From Antedon mediterranea (taxonomy: Eukaryota > Animalia > Echinodermata): 64,000 bases of DNA. Positions 47,901 through 61,601 of this stretch are shown piece after piece (the first letter of the stretch is position 1; every line of letters starts with the position of its first letter). The stretch lies in NCBI RefSeq assembly GCF_964355755.1, contig NC_092670.1:37684388-37748387 (forward strand). Reading direction: 5' to 3'. The position numbers and the translations under genes were made by a program. The notes beneath the pieces are model-generated. The model did not search any database. It was not told where the DNA came from and worked only from the letters and a program-made list of their open reading frames with translations.

Positions 47901-50900
47901 ATACCCAAATTTATAGAAGACTGGATTACTTGGAGTCGAAACGTCGTTCTTTTTTAAGCGTTATTTTTATATTATGTATTTACAATAAACGTACCCTCAT
48001 TCGTAGATTACTTGTTTACCTTTAAAAATATTGTTGATTACAATGAAATATTATGAGATATTAGGCCAGCAATACTAACAGATTATCAAGCTAGCAATAT
48101 CAATTAAAACAGGGTTACAAAGGGCCCTAGCTATTGGAAAAATGATTTGCTGAAAAATATGGATTATCAAGACCATTTTAGGATAATTATACGTAATACC
48201 AAATGCAACGAAAGTAACCTTAGCCCTAACTTAATTTCGATTTTTTACAGTAAAAAAATAAATAAAGAAAAAACTAGAAAAAAGGAAAAAAATATTTAAA
48301 AAAAAAGTATTTCATTTATAAAAAGACAACAGAAACGTTTAATTTTTTTCAGGTAATTTTGTTGAATATCGATCTACGGTATTATGTGACATTTAAATGG
48401 CATATTAAAAAACAATGTTTAGGGGGGAGAATATATCTTTTTGCTCTGTCTACACTATCAAAGTAGTTTGACAAAAAGAGTGTTATGGGCACATCACATT
48501 TTTTTTTCATAAAGTTTGATAGTGTAGACAGGGCTTTAAACTGTCTTCCTTTTTTCTTATAAGAATCGTAAGTATTGATACAGTTACGCCACTTGGCATG
48601 AGACGATCAAACCTGATGCAATCATCGGAAGACCCCTCAAAGTTCTTCATTGAATTGAATTGGACCCCATCAGAAACAGGAGAGGAGACTGTATGCTATT
48701 ATGCCTCTGACAACAATGGGTAAAAACAATTTAAACATTTTTAGATCAATATATAATATCTGTTTATAAATTTACGTAATGGCAACATTTATTGAATACG
48801 TGTAACTTCGAAATCTTTACTCAATACGGTAACGTTTCCGGTATGGATTTTAACCACTAAATAAGAAATAAATCATTTACAGTATTGTTATTATTGTGGT
48901 TATGGAACCAATAGTTGAGTAATACAGAGGTATTTTTTATCCTATTTGTCTTCACCTTTGCATCACTTCCGATATAAATTGTTTTGAAAGATTCATTCTT
49001 TCTTTATTTACCTCAAAGGTTTGCCCCATACTAATAAATACATCGAACAATAACACTGAAATAGCAAGACTTATTGATGTTTAGAGATTTTAATGTTTTT
49101 AACTGTCTGATCTTCAGAGATTTTAATGTTTTTAACTGTTTGATCTTCAGAGATGTAAATGTTTTTACTTTTTGATGTTCAGAGATTTTAATGTTTTTAA
49201 CTGTTTTTTTTTATTATTGTGCAATTTGTATATGTAATTTACTCTCAATTCAATGTTATATATTGCAATGAGTAGAATGAATACAACCAGAATTATTATT
49301 TAATACATATCAGTGAAGTTAACATATTAAAGGAAATAAACAAAAACAACAGCAAAAACATAAGAGATTGGCTAAATCAGTATCTTGACAAAATTATTTT
49401 AAAACTTAATATTCTTTATATTATATCTAAATGCAGGTTGTTGCAAAATATTAAACCGGTGTAAGAGATTTTAGGTTAACCAGCCATAGTAGGGCTTTTG
49501 GGATGGAAAAATGTTTATCTTTTTTAAATCTTTAAAAAAAAAAACAATACTAAAATAATCATTACATTTATGACATGTTCAGTGTTATCATATAAATCAA
49601 AAGCAACACGAAGTACACATTGATTTACACCTAAAATATTAAACTGCTTAAGCTTGGTTCCCACTAGAACGCAACGCAGTGACGTATTGAGGCAAAGTGA
49701 TATATTGCGTAATCACAAGTGTTCACAGTTCTGCAAGAATTGAAGGTTTGATTTCACGCAGGCGGGGGCAAACACAATTATTGGAACGGCATTTTCTTAC
49801 GTTGCGTAGGTTGCGTTACGTTGCGTCGCTAGTGGGAACCAAGCTTTACGTATATACTACCGCTACTAGAAACTATACGTTATTCCTGTTATGAAAATAA
49901 TATATTGGTTTAAATAAAAACGAGTTAAACATGTTCAGATCAATATATAATATCTATATTTATAAATTTACGTAATGGCAACATTGAATACCGTGTAACT
50001 TTGAAAATCTTTACTCAATATGGTAAACTTTTGTATCTTTTATCTGAATTTAACCACTAAATGAAACCCATTTTACTAATTAAGAAATATATCATTATTG
50101 TTATTACTGTGATTATGGAACAAAGATATTACAAATGAATACAGACCTCTTTTTGATCCTATTTACCTTCACCTTTGTATATAATATTGATTTGAAAAAT
50201 AAAGGGGTATCCTAATGCTCTACGATGAACTTAGGAAGTAGCGACAGAAGACCATGGGTTATTTAAAACGTATAATCAGGTATTATGTTGTAATTGTTGT
50301 TATATTTTATAGGGTGTCAAGTGAACAAAGCTGTTTTAAAGTGGTCGTCATGGGTATGTGATTATACGTGACATTTTTCATTTAGGAAGATTTATACAGT
50401 ACTTACACTAAACAGTAGTATTTATTGTTTGTGTGTGGTACTGTTAATTAATATTTATTGAGTATATTGTGACAGCTTTTGTCAAACTTATGGAGTCATA
50501 TCACCTTTGTGAACTTGTTAATTGATAATTTAATTTACGTCACGTCAGGTGAAAGTGTAATACGGTAGCTTAGTAAAATAGTTAACGTACTCGACTTCCA
50601 ATCCCAAGGTCCTTGATTCAATCTTGTAATTCACGACTCGTTCAACTCCACTCCCAAAAGCGTGGTTCCCACTAGCGACGCAACACAAGGACGTAACGCA
50701 ACGCAAGTGAATTGACCAATCACACGATGGCTTATTCGCTTGTGATTGCTAACTGTCTATAACTTCGCTTGTCATTGGTTGCGTTGCGTTTACGTCCTTG
50801 CGTTACGCTCTAATGGGAACCAAGCTTAAGCAATACAACACCTTGCGTCAATACGTCGTTGCGTTGCGTTCTAGTGGGAACCACGCTTTACCAATCACAC

Positions 50901-53900
50901 GCGACTGTTAGAATAATTCATCGCTTGAGATTGGAGAAATCACTTTGCGTTGCATTATGTCCTTGCGTTGCGTCCTAGTGGAAACCAAGCATTAAGCTTG
51001 GTTCTCACTAGCGACGCAACGTAACGCAATCTACTTAACGTAAGAAAATGCCCTTCTAATAATTGTATTTGCCCCTGCCTGCGTGAAATCAAACATGCGA
51101 TGTTTGCATCACTATTGCGTCGTCAGTTCCCACTTGTGATTACGCAATACAGCACTTTGCGTCGACACGTCGTTGTGTTGCGTTCTAGTGGGAACCACGC
51201 TTTACCCCCAATGAGACTTTGGGCCCGTTTATGAACAGCAAGTATCCGGATAACTTGTCATCTTTTGGGGTCATTAATCATGCCTTAACGACCCTTAATG
51301 GCTTTTTTGAGTACTACCACCTGGGTTATCCGGACCAAGCTCAGCCCTGCAAATTTGGAGGGTTGGCTTGTCCTCAGGGGAGTTCAAGGCGACCTTGCTG
51401 GATTAAACAATGTATTTTATGAGATAATCATGCAAATCAGGCTGAAAATAAAGCCATGAGTAGCCGGATAACTAGAAGTCTGTAAACGGTATGGAGAATT
51501 TTGATTTAGCCTTGTCAGGAGAGACCTCTGGCATATCCAGATACTTTAAATGTTCATATTCTCTTACATCAAAAGATATATTCATAATGAAACTTCCGTT
51601 TTTCTCATCACATTATAAGTTACAATATAGGCCTATGTATCGCCTATAGCTGTAACTCTGTCAATTACTTGTTATTTATCATCAGTAAAGCCTTCTTTAT
51701 TGTATAAATGAATGGCGAAACCTTGTTTTATATTCTCTGTCCATATTTTTGTTCATAATTTATTGCATTTTTAATTTTGTAGACTCCCCTCAAAGTATAG
51801 TTAGCCGCCCTGAACCGTCGCCTTTGTCTTCACATCCAATTCCAGGACAATCGGTGTCACCGACCCTAAGCGAATGGCACATTTATTACTCTACAAATGT
51901 AAGTTAAATCAACTTATAAATCATCATAACAAAAACTAGTAGTGCGGGATTGATACCCAGGGTGGTACACTGTGCTTGAAAATACAATGCTAAAATTACC
52001 CTATGAGACTTATATTACATTGGTTCTTTTAATTGAATTTAAACGTGGGTGGTTGCCTGATGGGCTGAGTCATTATATTAAAACAAATTCTATGAAAAAA
52101 ATCAACCTACAATAACAATTTTTTCAAATGTAATTTAGTTCAGTTTTACTATTATCATCAATTCCAGCCCGCCTTTAAGTTCCATTAACAAATATATAAC
52201 ACATCCTATAGTGTAGTAATGGTAGTCTGTTTTTGCCACTTAAATACCAATTTACACAGACGAGCGGTAATGGTAATAGAAATATAGAATTAATGGTATT
52301 CTTATGTCCATCCTTATGACCATTTACACAAAATACGCGGAGCGAACGGGTGGTTTCCGCTCATACGTGGGACAAGCTATATAATAAAGCGGGTTTCCGC
52401 TTACCGTTTCCGCTCGTCTGTGTAAATTGACCTTTAACGCATTTGAAACGCCTTTTCCACAATACTGTCCACAACCATCCGTGCACCAACTCGATTGATA
52501 ACTACTTTTGTGGTGGGTGAGAAAATATTAGAATGTATTACGTCGTCGTCACACATGTTTCACTTACTAACATTAATCATTTCTGCCACATCTATATATT
52601 AATTTGAGAGGCAGTGGATATGCGCACGTTTATCAAATTTTAACGGCCTTATATTCAAAGAAAATCTACATAAAATATACATAAAATATTCCTTCTTCAA
52701 CAGGTACAGAGGCCTTTATATTCAAAGAAAATCTACATAAAATCTCTGACGGGTGACGTACTAGCAGAGGTAGACAGTTCAGAAGAGGACGAAGTGGAGT
52801 TTGTTAAAGACGGGAATGCTACTAGGCTGAGATTCGCTACTCCTGGCATTGTTATGCCGGATAAGCAATCACTGCTAATCGAGCTGGAAGAAGGGGCAGT
52901 AGTCGCCGGGTCATTTGGACCCTGTGCCCAAGATCTAGGGAGCACCGGAGCAGGATGGTTGTTCAAAACAGGTAGCAAACAGGGCCGTAGTCAGGATCTG
53001 TCAAGGGGGGGTTCGCACACTAAGTATTTGGGTCACCCCACCCCCATACCTACCACCCCCCCCCCTGGGGTGGGGCCTGAGGCGAAGCAAATTTTGTTAA
53101 ATGACACCCCTAGATGGCCGGAAAAGACACTCTCATGCAGCATTCTACCAATGAGCAAAACGATCGTACTTGGACTCGTGGACTATTTAAACGATAACAT
53201 TTGTTGCCGTATGTTAGATGCGCGTGCTCTGTGCGGAACCGCCGATTGTTAGATCATTTACTCGATATTTTGTTTTGCGTTCAAGTTCAATGCGAACGTA
53301 CGTCTAGGAGAAGCCCCGAAAAAAGCACACTGGGTGAAGGAAAATGCAATTCTTATTACAGCTCTATCTATAATATTTATTTACAGAAATTTGTTGAGGA
53401 AATTAAATATGCCAATGTAAATAGGTGATATTGATACATTTGAGTACGTATCGGCTGGTGGTCTAGAAAAAAATAATCGGATATGCCATAATGTGAACTA
53501 CAGTACATGATACCATAGATATTATAGTGTAAAATATTAATATTCACTATAATCCTCTATGACACATTATACTTCATAGCCACACATAAATACTGATGTA
53601 TGTCGGAAGGCTATATACTTTATGCATGCTGCCTGACTGCCAGTGATCTAAACAATTGGTACGCAGTTGTCTCTGGCGGTGTTCTTTGTACGAATCGTTC
53701 GTCCCCCAGCTCGCTGTGAGACGCGTCAATATCATGTTGAATGCAGGGACCAAACATTTATTTTTCAGGTTAAAATCGGCAATTCATTTGCAACTCTTAG
53801 AAATTTACAGACTATATCGCTCGAAGTACGCTCATACAGGGAAGAAGGTACTGTATGAGTTATTCCGAACGAGTTTACGAATATTTTAATTTACGAACAA

Positions 53901-56900
53901 CTTTTTGTACTGTGGGGCACGTATTTGGACGGTTTTCGGAGGTGAGGGTGAGGTATTGGGCATGTCGGGGATGGGGGTTCGCAGTCGGTTAAGGGGGGTT
54001 CGCTGTAAAGGGGGGGTTCGCCCGAACCATAAAAACCCCCCCTGGCTACGGGCCTGGCAAACCAGTGGCGTAACGGCTATGAGCGCTCACTGGTTAAACA
54101 ACCCAGAGGCCCCTGAGTTTACATGGGGCCCCTGGGCTTATGAGTCCCTGTGCAGTGCCGGCCCAGAGGCATTACAGTATGTCGAAAAGGGCTAAGAACG
54201 CCTGAGGCCTCCAGCGTTGGAGGGCCACCAAGTGACTTGGGGTTTCTAAACCAGGGGCCTCGGGCCTCTGCGTTACGCTACTGGTACACATGTATATCTC
54301 ATTAGGTATTACAATGTTTATTTTTCATATCCAGACTCTTCGTTAGATGCTCCAACTGAACCAACAGTAGTATGCGATCCTGACGAGATGTCCATTTTTA
54401 TACCACGTGTCTATGTCGGTTCCACACCTGCACGCAAATTCATGCTGCACGATCCAAATTGTCGCGGTAACAGCTTTAACGAAACTCACTTTGTGGTGCG
54501 AACGCGCTTTGAAGAATGTGGTTCCGTAATTAAGGTAAATGTACAATGAACGATCGATCAATCGATCGATCGATTGACCGATTGATCGATCGATTGGTTG
54601 ATGCGATACCGTACGACGGTACGATATTATTAATTCGTCCTTTGATGTTTTAGTTGAGTCCTTGTCTATCCACATATGACAATGTCTGTAGGCTATATCA
54701 TTGGAAAATTCCGTGATACAGTGTCGCATGCGTATCACACGTGATGCCTGTGTCATGTAAGGTTAATGATGCTGTATTCGTGGTATGTACCATAATACTG
54801 GACACAGTTTAGATGCCTATCCGAAAATCGGCTTATGTCATTGGTTATACATTAAGTACTGCCTATACTTCATTATTACTTTATATTCTATGTTTTATTT
54901 AAGTGAAATCAAATAAGTAAACAAACAAACATTGTGTGTATTTCAGAAAAAGAATGGAAAGTTAACAGTCAGAAATACAGTTAGAGATAAAATTCGTCCA
55001 CTTTCATCTGGATTAAGTGTATCAAGAAGAAAACATAAGTTCGAAATTAGAGTGAGTGTTTAAAAATATTATGGGAGTGAAGTACTTTCAAACAGGTCAT
55101 CGTCGGAGGTACAGATAATAAAATTACAATATATGATCCGTTTTAAGGGCGTTATAATAGACATAGTAAACACGAGACACTCCTAAGACATAAACTACGC
55201 CTTTGGGCTGAAAGACGGCAATTTGGTCATGAAAGAAACATAATCTGTTTGACATTTTTAATTTCATTTTATGAGATAGGTGGAGACGCGTGTTGGACAC
55301 GGTGCGGGATCTCATTATCTCGAACAATAAATTATTTAACAAAAAAAAGAACTGTTTTCACCTTATAATATTCTCGTGTAACCCGTACGGTCTACATTTC
55401 ATTATTCGCCTAAGATTACAACTTTCCCGTCTCACAATGGGAGGGTTTAGTGTATAATGAAGGATTGTATAAAAGAACTCGTAATTCTGTTTTTTTAGGC
55501 GATGTGCAAGTCTGAGGTGACCTACAATAACGACATTACGTTGAATCCAGATTCTGTGGAGACGTCATTTGCGGTTCAAGGGGTTTTTGACGTTGCCGCA
55601 TCCATGGCTCTATATACTGATGGCACATACAATGATCAATATCCTCAAACCGATGTCTCCTTAAACCAACGCCTTTTTGTCTCCATTGTGGCAAATGAAG
55701 AAAACGTTTTCATAAAAGTAGAGAAATGCAAAGCATACGCTTTAGACGGCCAAGTAAATGTATCAGATGGAGAATATGTTTTCCTTGATAACGGGTATGA
55801 TAGCAAAGCCTAGTATAACCAGGATGTTTACAGGGCCCATGGCAGAGGGAAGGGGTACAGTGTAAAAACGTCATAAGCTAGGCTAGTTAGTTATAAAACT
55901 ATTTAGGCCTACCATATTTTGAAAATTGGACAGAGGTAATAGTGCGCGCGTTTGTTCGAACTTCCGGGCCTCCTTGCTAAATGTCATTTTGAATCCCGTC
56001 GTGATCAAGATATTTACAAGGCCGGGGTTGGAGGGGAGGGAAATGGGTCCAGGGTAACAGCGTCATGAGTTATAAAACTATTTAGGCCTACCATAATTTG
56101 AAAATGGGACAGAAATGCATTCGTTCGTTTGAACTTCCGGGTAGGCCACTTGTTAAATGTCATTTTGAATATATCTCCATTTGTTACGGATCCTTTTATT
56201 TACTATTCACCACGATTGTTATTGAATATGACAATGTAATTACTATAACCACAACAATTGTCACAGGCTATTGTGATTTATTGTGTTTAAATTGAAAGGA
56301 TGACAGGAGCTTTAGTAAGCCTATACTTCCGGAAAAAAGTTCGTTCGTTGAAACCCTCTCACCTTTCCCTTCCACTGTTTTTTTTACTCTTTAGTGGGGG
56401 AAGCCCACTTTTATTGCATATAACAATGGATATTTAAATGATATTACAAAGTCTGAGGTTAACAGATTATAGAAAATATGATATTGAAAATTTATATTGT
56501 GTTGAAATCTAAATAATGCTGAAACACATTTTATATTACAGAGCTAAAACTGTATAAAGATTTACGTTCAGTAGATATAGGTTTTTTTTCTATGATTGTG
56601 ATTTTTTGGATATTTCTGGCGATTTTCTTGTGGTGAGGGGGTCTCACACAATTAATCGGTGTTAAAGGAATAATAACCACAATAATTGTCACAGGCTATT
56701 GTGATTTATTGTGTTTAGGATGATAGGAGCTTCAGTAAGCCTATACTTCCGGGAAAGGGTTCGAGGGGAGAATAAGTTTATAGGGGGTGGGGGTGTGTCT
56801 CGCACAATTAATCGGTGTTAAAGGAACCGAGTTACAGCGATTTTAATTGCTTTTTCTTACTTGCTTCAGATTTCCACCTGTCTTTTTAAATATATTTCGA

Positions 56901-59900
56901 TTTTGAGGGCTAAATAAAGATTGGATGAATAATGGATTGTGGGCATCAAAAATAATTTGTGAATGTATTTACGTTTTTTACAGGTGTCCTGTTGAGCAAA
57001 CTATGCGTTTTGAAGAATCGCCTGCCTCGAATGAAAAACGTTTTTCGTTAGATGCGTTTACGTTTCTCTATAAAGGAATACACGACAGCGTAAGTTACCG
57101 TACAACAATATGGGCGGCCATTAGAGCCATAATAATACAAAAATTAAAACAAAGAACAATGTCTAAAAAAACTACAAAGCAAAATGTTTTGATTTTTATT
57201 TTCCTTTGTAGTTTTTTTAGTTCGTTGATTTTTTAAACCTTCGTTGTTTTTGACATGTTTTTACTATTATGGCCATAATGGCCGCCCATACAGCAAGGCC
57301 AGATTCCCTTGGTTAGTTCAGTTAGTATGAAATTCAAGTAAGATTTCTTATAGATCGATAGTTACATTATTATATAAACACACGTTCACAGTAAACTTTA
57401 TACAGTAATTTGCTTAATTTAATGTTTTTAAGAATGTATTTCTAACATGAGCACCAAACAGTCGAGTGATAGCCTCACAAGAGCTTCAATTATGTGAAAA
57501 CCCCTTTTGGTGAACAGACACAAATTGTACCGAAGTGTGCACTTTATTCCCTCGATATTGTTTACTTTATTGCTATACTTAGAAGATTAAGTTTTGTCAT
57601 TTTATAAATTTCCCTTTTTATTTGTAGGGTGTATACTACTAGGCCTATTTTATTATTTAGGAAAACTAAAGCCCACGCGTATTGTTTTTCGATATAGTAT
57701 GACACAAATACTTAAAATGTTAAGGCCTACACCCTTTTTGTTTCTCTACATGTGCACAGGTGTAAAGTAAACAAACTTGGCGGGTACACATTGTATTGCA
57801 ACTATAATTCTGGTTGTACTATTGTGATGAATGATTGATGAAAATGCTTGACCGGGTCGACGTGTAGAATTCGTAATTGTGGTTGGCGTGAAAAGGCCAC
57901 ACTTCTGTACTTTTCTTAATGACATTTAAACGTTTCTTTTTAAAATTAAACAATAATCCCACGCAGTAGAATTTTGAGGTGAGGTATTGCAGGTACTAGA
58001 TCCTGGTTGAACAAGAAAATATGCAAAATGTAACGGGTTGCTTGGTGGTTCTATGAACAAATAAAATCGGACAAAACATGTTTACAGTCGCTTATTGTAA
58101 GATGTGGTGTGACCTTTTAAAAAGTATTTGATAGTGAATGATGTATTAGGGTGGGGTCTGCCACGTGACGGGGCCTCAGAGCTGAAAGAACAATTCAAAT
58201 TTGCATTGTCGTTTCAGCATGACTTATGACGTATTTTACAACTGAAGAGAAAACGCAAGATTTTACACATTGCGACCGAATCTTTAGTGGCACTTGAGAG
58301 TCTGCCGCCACCTCAGGCCCACTGGTCGGGGAATATTTAGTATGGACCTATTTATTATGTCCCCGGAAATTGCATTCGTAATGTTTGGAGGGTAAATTGT
58401 GCTGATGATCCACCGAAAAAAAAATCAACGCAGCCCAGGTTTTTCCCTTTTATTTAGTCATAATGTACACGACACATTTTTTTACATCATTTACATTGCA
58501 TCGCGATATCGAAATCGAATATCGATTTGAACATTTTTCGGCCAGATCAAACCGTGTTGTTAAAATAAAGGCGCTTACGTAGCTGAAATATCGTTTTTTT
58601 TTTGTTTTTTCATCAAGCTACCCCGCGGCCCAAATTTGGACCACAGTTTGCGGAACGTTGATTTAAGTGTATAAAAACTGTCTCGTCTCAGTTTTCAGAA
58701 AACATTTTTGAGCGAGGTCCAAATTCACGTATAGGGCCTAAGAAAACTTTATTAGAGATGAGACCATAATAACATATGATAATAAAATCGTAAAACACCG
58801 CCAGGTAACAAGTGAAAACGTATCCAGAATCGTGAATTTGATCCGAATGCGCACCCTTCGGAATTTATAAAAAGGTTTGTTCATAAAGCTTGGTTCCCAC
58901 TAGAACGTAACGCAAGGACGTAAACGCAACGCAAGCGTTTTAACCAATGACAAACGAAGTTATAGAAAGTTAGCAATTCACAAGCGAATAAGCCATCGCT
59001 TGTGATTGGTCAATTCACTTGCGTTGCGTTACGTCCTTGTGTTGCGTCGCTAGTGGGAATCACGCTATAAGGACGTAAGCGCAACAACGCAAGTGATGTG
59101 ACCAATCACACACGATGAATTATTCAAACTGTTACTTGTCATTGGTCAACTCGCTAATGTTGGTCCTTCGTCAATTCCGCTGAGAAGTCCTAATGGAAAT
59201 GAATCTAGCTAGCTTTAGCCATTATTTTTTTCAATTTCCAATCATAATTATTATAAGCGCACGTACCACGCCATGATTACATGCGATACGGTTTTTTTTT
59301 TCAATTCTCGAATGATGAGATATGACTCCAAAATATAACCTCCAAAATGTATGATTTCCGGTTTTGAAGATAGTAAATTTAAGATTTGATATGAATTTAG
59401 AAAAACTATTAAGTAGCTAAAGTACCGTTAAAAACGACGAGTCTTCCGCTGGACTATGTCTATATACAGGGGCGCAGCCAGCAAAGAATTAAAGGGGGGG
59501 TCAACCAATATGTGAGTATTTTGCGAGCGAAGTGAGCAACCATGGGCTGGGGGCCAGGGGGCCGCCAAGGGCCCCCGGTTGGGGTCCAGGGGGCTTCGCC
59601 CCCTGGAAGCTTTGGCGGTCTAGGGCAATCTAGATCATTTGAATCGGTTTACGCACACACAAATATGACAATGTTAACACTAAAAAACTGAAACAAAGAA
59701 AACAAAAAACAACTCTCATTTTCATTACAGAACATTTTTATATTCCAGGCTGCCACAGACAAACACCTTTTTTCTTGCTTGTTTGTTAATTTGTGTAGAG
59801 AGGCTGTAAACTCAGAGGAGGAATTATTTGAATTCCTCCCTTTTCACCAATACAAAAGTTGCATGAAATGAACGTAGAGATGCAAAAGTTTGAAAAAAGA

Positions 59901-61561
59901 AATTAGAATGATAGCATGGAGGGAGTGATATTATTAAATGAGAACCGTAAGGTTAGAGTTCATACACTGTGCAAGTCCAAGAAGCTATCTTGGCTCCGTG
60001 TGTATGTGAGACGCTTATCATACCCAGTACATACAATATTTTGTTTAAAAATATACCTATTTTGTTCGAATGTATAGTATAGGTGATAGCTTATACATAA
60101 TTGTAATAACTAACTTCTAAATTATTATCATACATTTTACGTTAGTTACTATAACGGCGCTCTTGACATCGCGTGATGCATCTTTAAACATAAGTTTGGA
60201 ACATACATTCTTCTTGGCTTGGAGACAGAATTCGCGAATGACATTCTCTGTATTAATGTTCATGTTAAAGTGTATGTTCATGAGGCACAATCCCAAAAGC
60301 TGCTCATAAGACATGTGATTTCCCAAACAGGTTTTCGTTCTCCATAAAGTCGAAAAACTCAGACGTTACGGGCATAGGCCTACGCGATTAGAAGAAGTGC
60401 ACGCACATTCGGGAACACATCTGGATCCGCTAATTTTACACAGTCGCTTCCATCACTGAAGCTCGGAATGAAGATGTTCGTGTCTTGGCAGATCATCGTA
60501 CCAAATTCAAGTTCCTTGAAGACTTCTTCAACATTACACTTCACTATAGACTCGGGTGCTACGCCAAATATTTTAAAGCATGGCCTGTTATCGGCAGAAA
60601 AACGGGTTTTTAACTCGGTTTGTAATCAAGAAGTTGATTTGGTAATACTGCTCGGTAGTAATCTTCCACAGTATCTCCAGGATGATTTGATCTGTATTGT
60701 TGTCTCATGTTTTTTATTTATTTTTTCTAAAAAAAAGGGGGGTCAGGACCCCCGTGACCCCCCCCCCCCCCACTGGCTGCGCCCCTGATATAGTGACAAT
60801 GTTGCCAAATCCGTTGAGTAGTTTTGACGTAATCTTGCTAATTAGTCGCATACCCCAGATACACTAGCAAACGGAAGTAGCACAAAAGTAATTATGCCTT
60901 GTGAAGTAGGCCTATACAATGAGGCTAATTTCGTAGGCATAACATAAACGGAGAAAAATACCACAGTACTTTAAGAGATACAATAATATGACATCATTTT
61001 CTCCTTCTGTTGTGATTTGGTGAACATTCATATTTAGAACAAGTACGAATGTGCGATACTCGGAGTACAGCAGCAAAAAAAGCTGTAATGACGTCATAAG
61101 ACCGGATGTAACGTCACATACACATCAATAACCTCGCTACCAAATACGGCTATACGGTAACATCTTCGAGACGTGATATGGCTGCATTCGGTTTGATATT
61201 TTAAAATCCGGCTCTATAGCTTTGAGGAAATGTCCCTGAAGTATATTCATGCCAAATCCCAGCTCAATACTACAACGAATAAGGGAGGAGTAGTACTTTA
61301 TAAATCGCACTTTTTACTCAATAGTGTCGGATGGAGGAGAAGATGAGAGAGTCCTAGACTCGGGTACCCTGAGTAAAAACTGGTAATTTTGTAATGGAAT
61401 TAAAATGCGAGGTTATTATATTTGACCAAAGTATCGTGCGATATAATTATGACGTTGCAATGAACACGTGTATAGGTATTATGTGGTCAAGTATTTAAAA
61501 AAGAAGTCAATAAAATGAATAAATTGGGGAAATCCATGGAATACCATTATAGTCATTAGGA

Positions 61562-61601
<40 letters not shown>

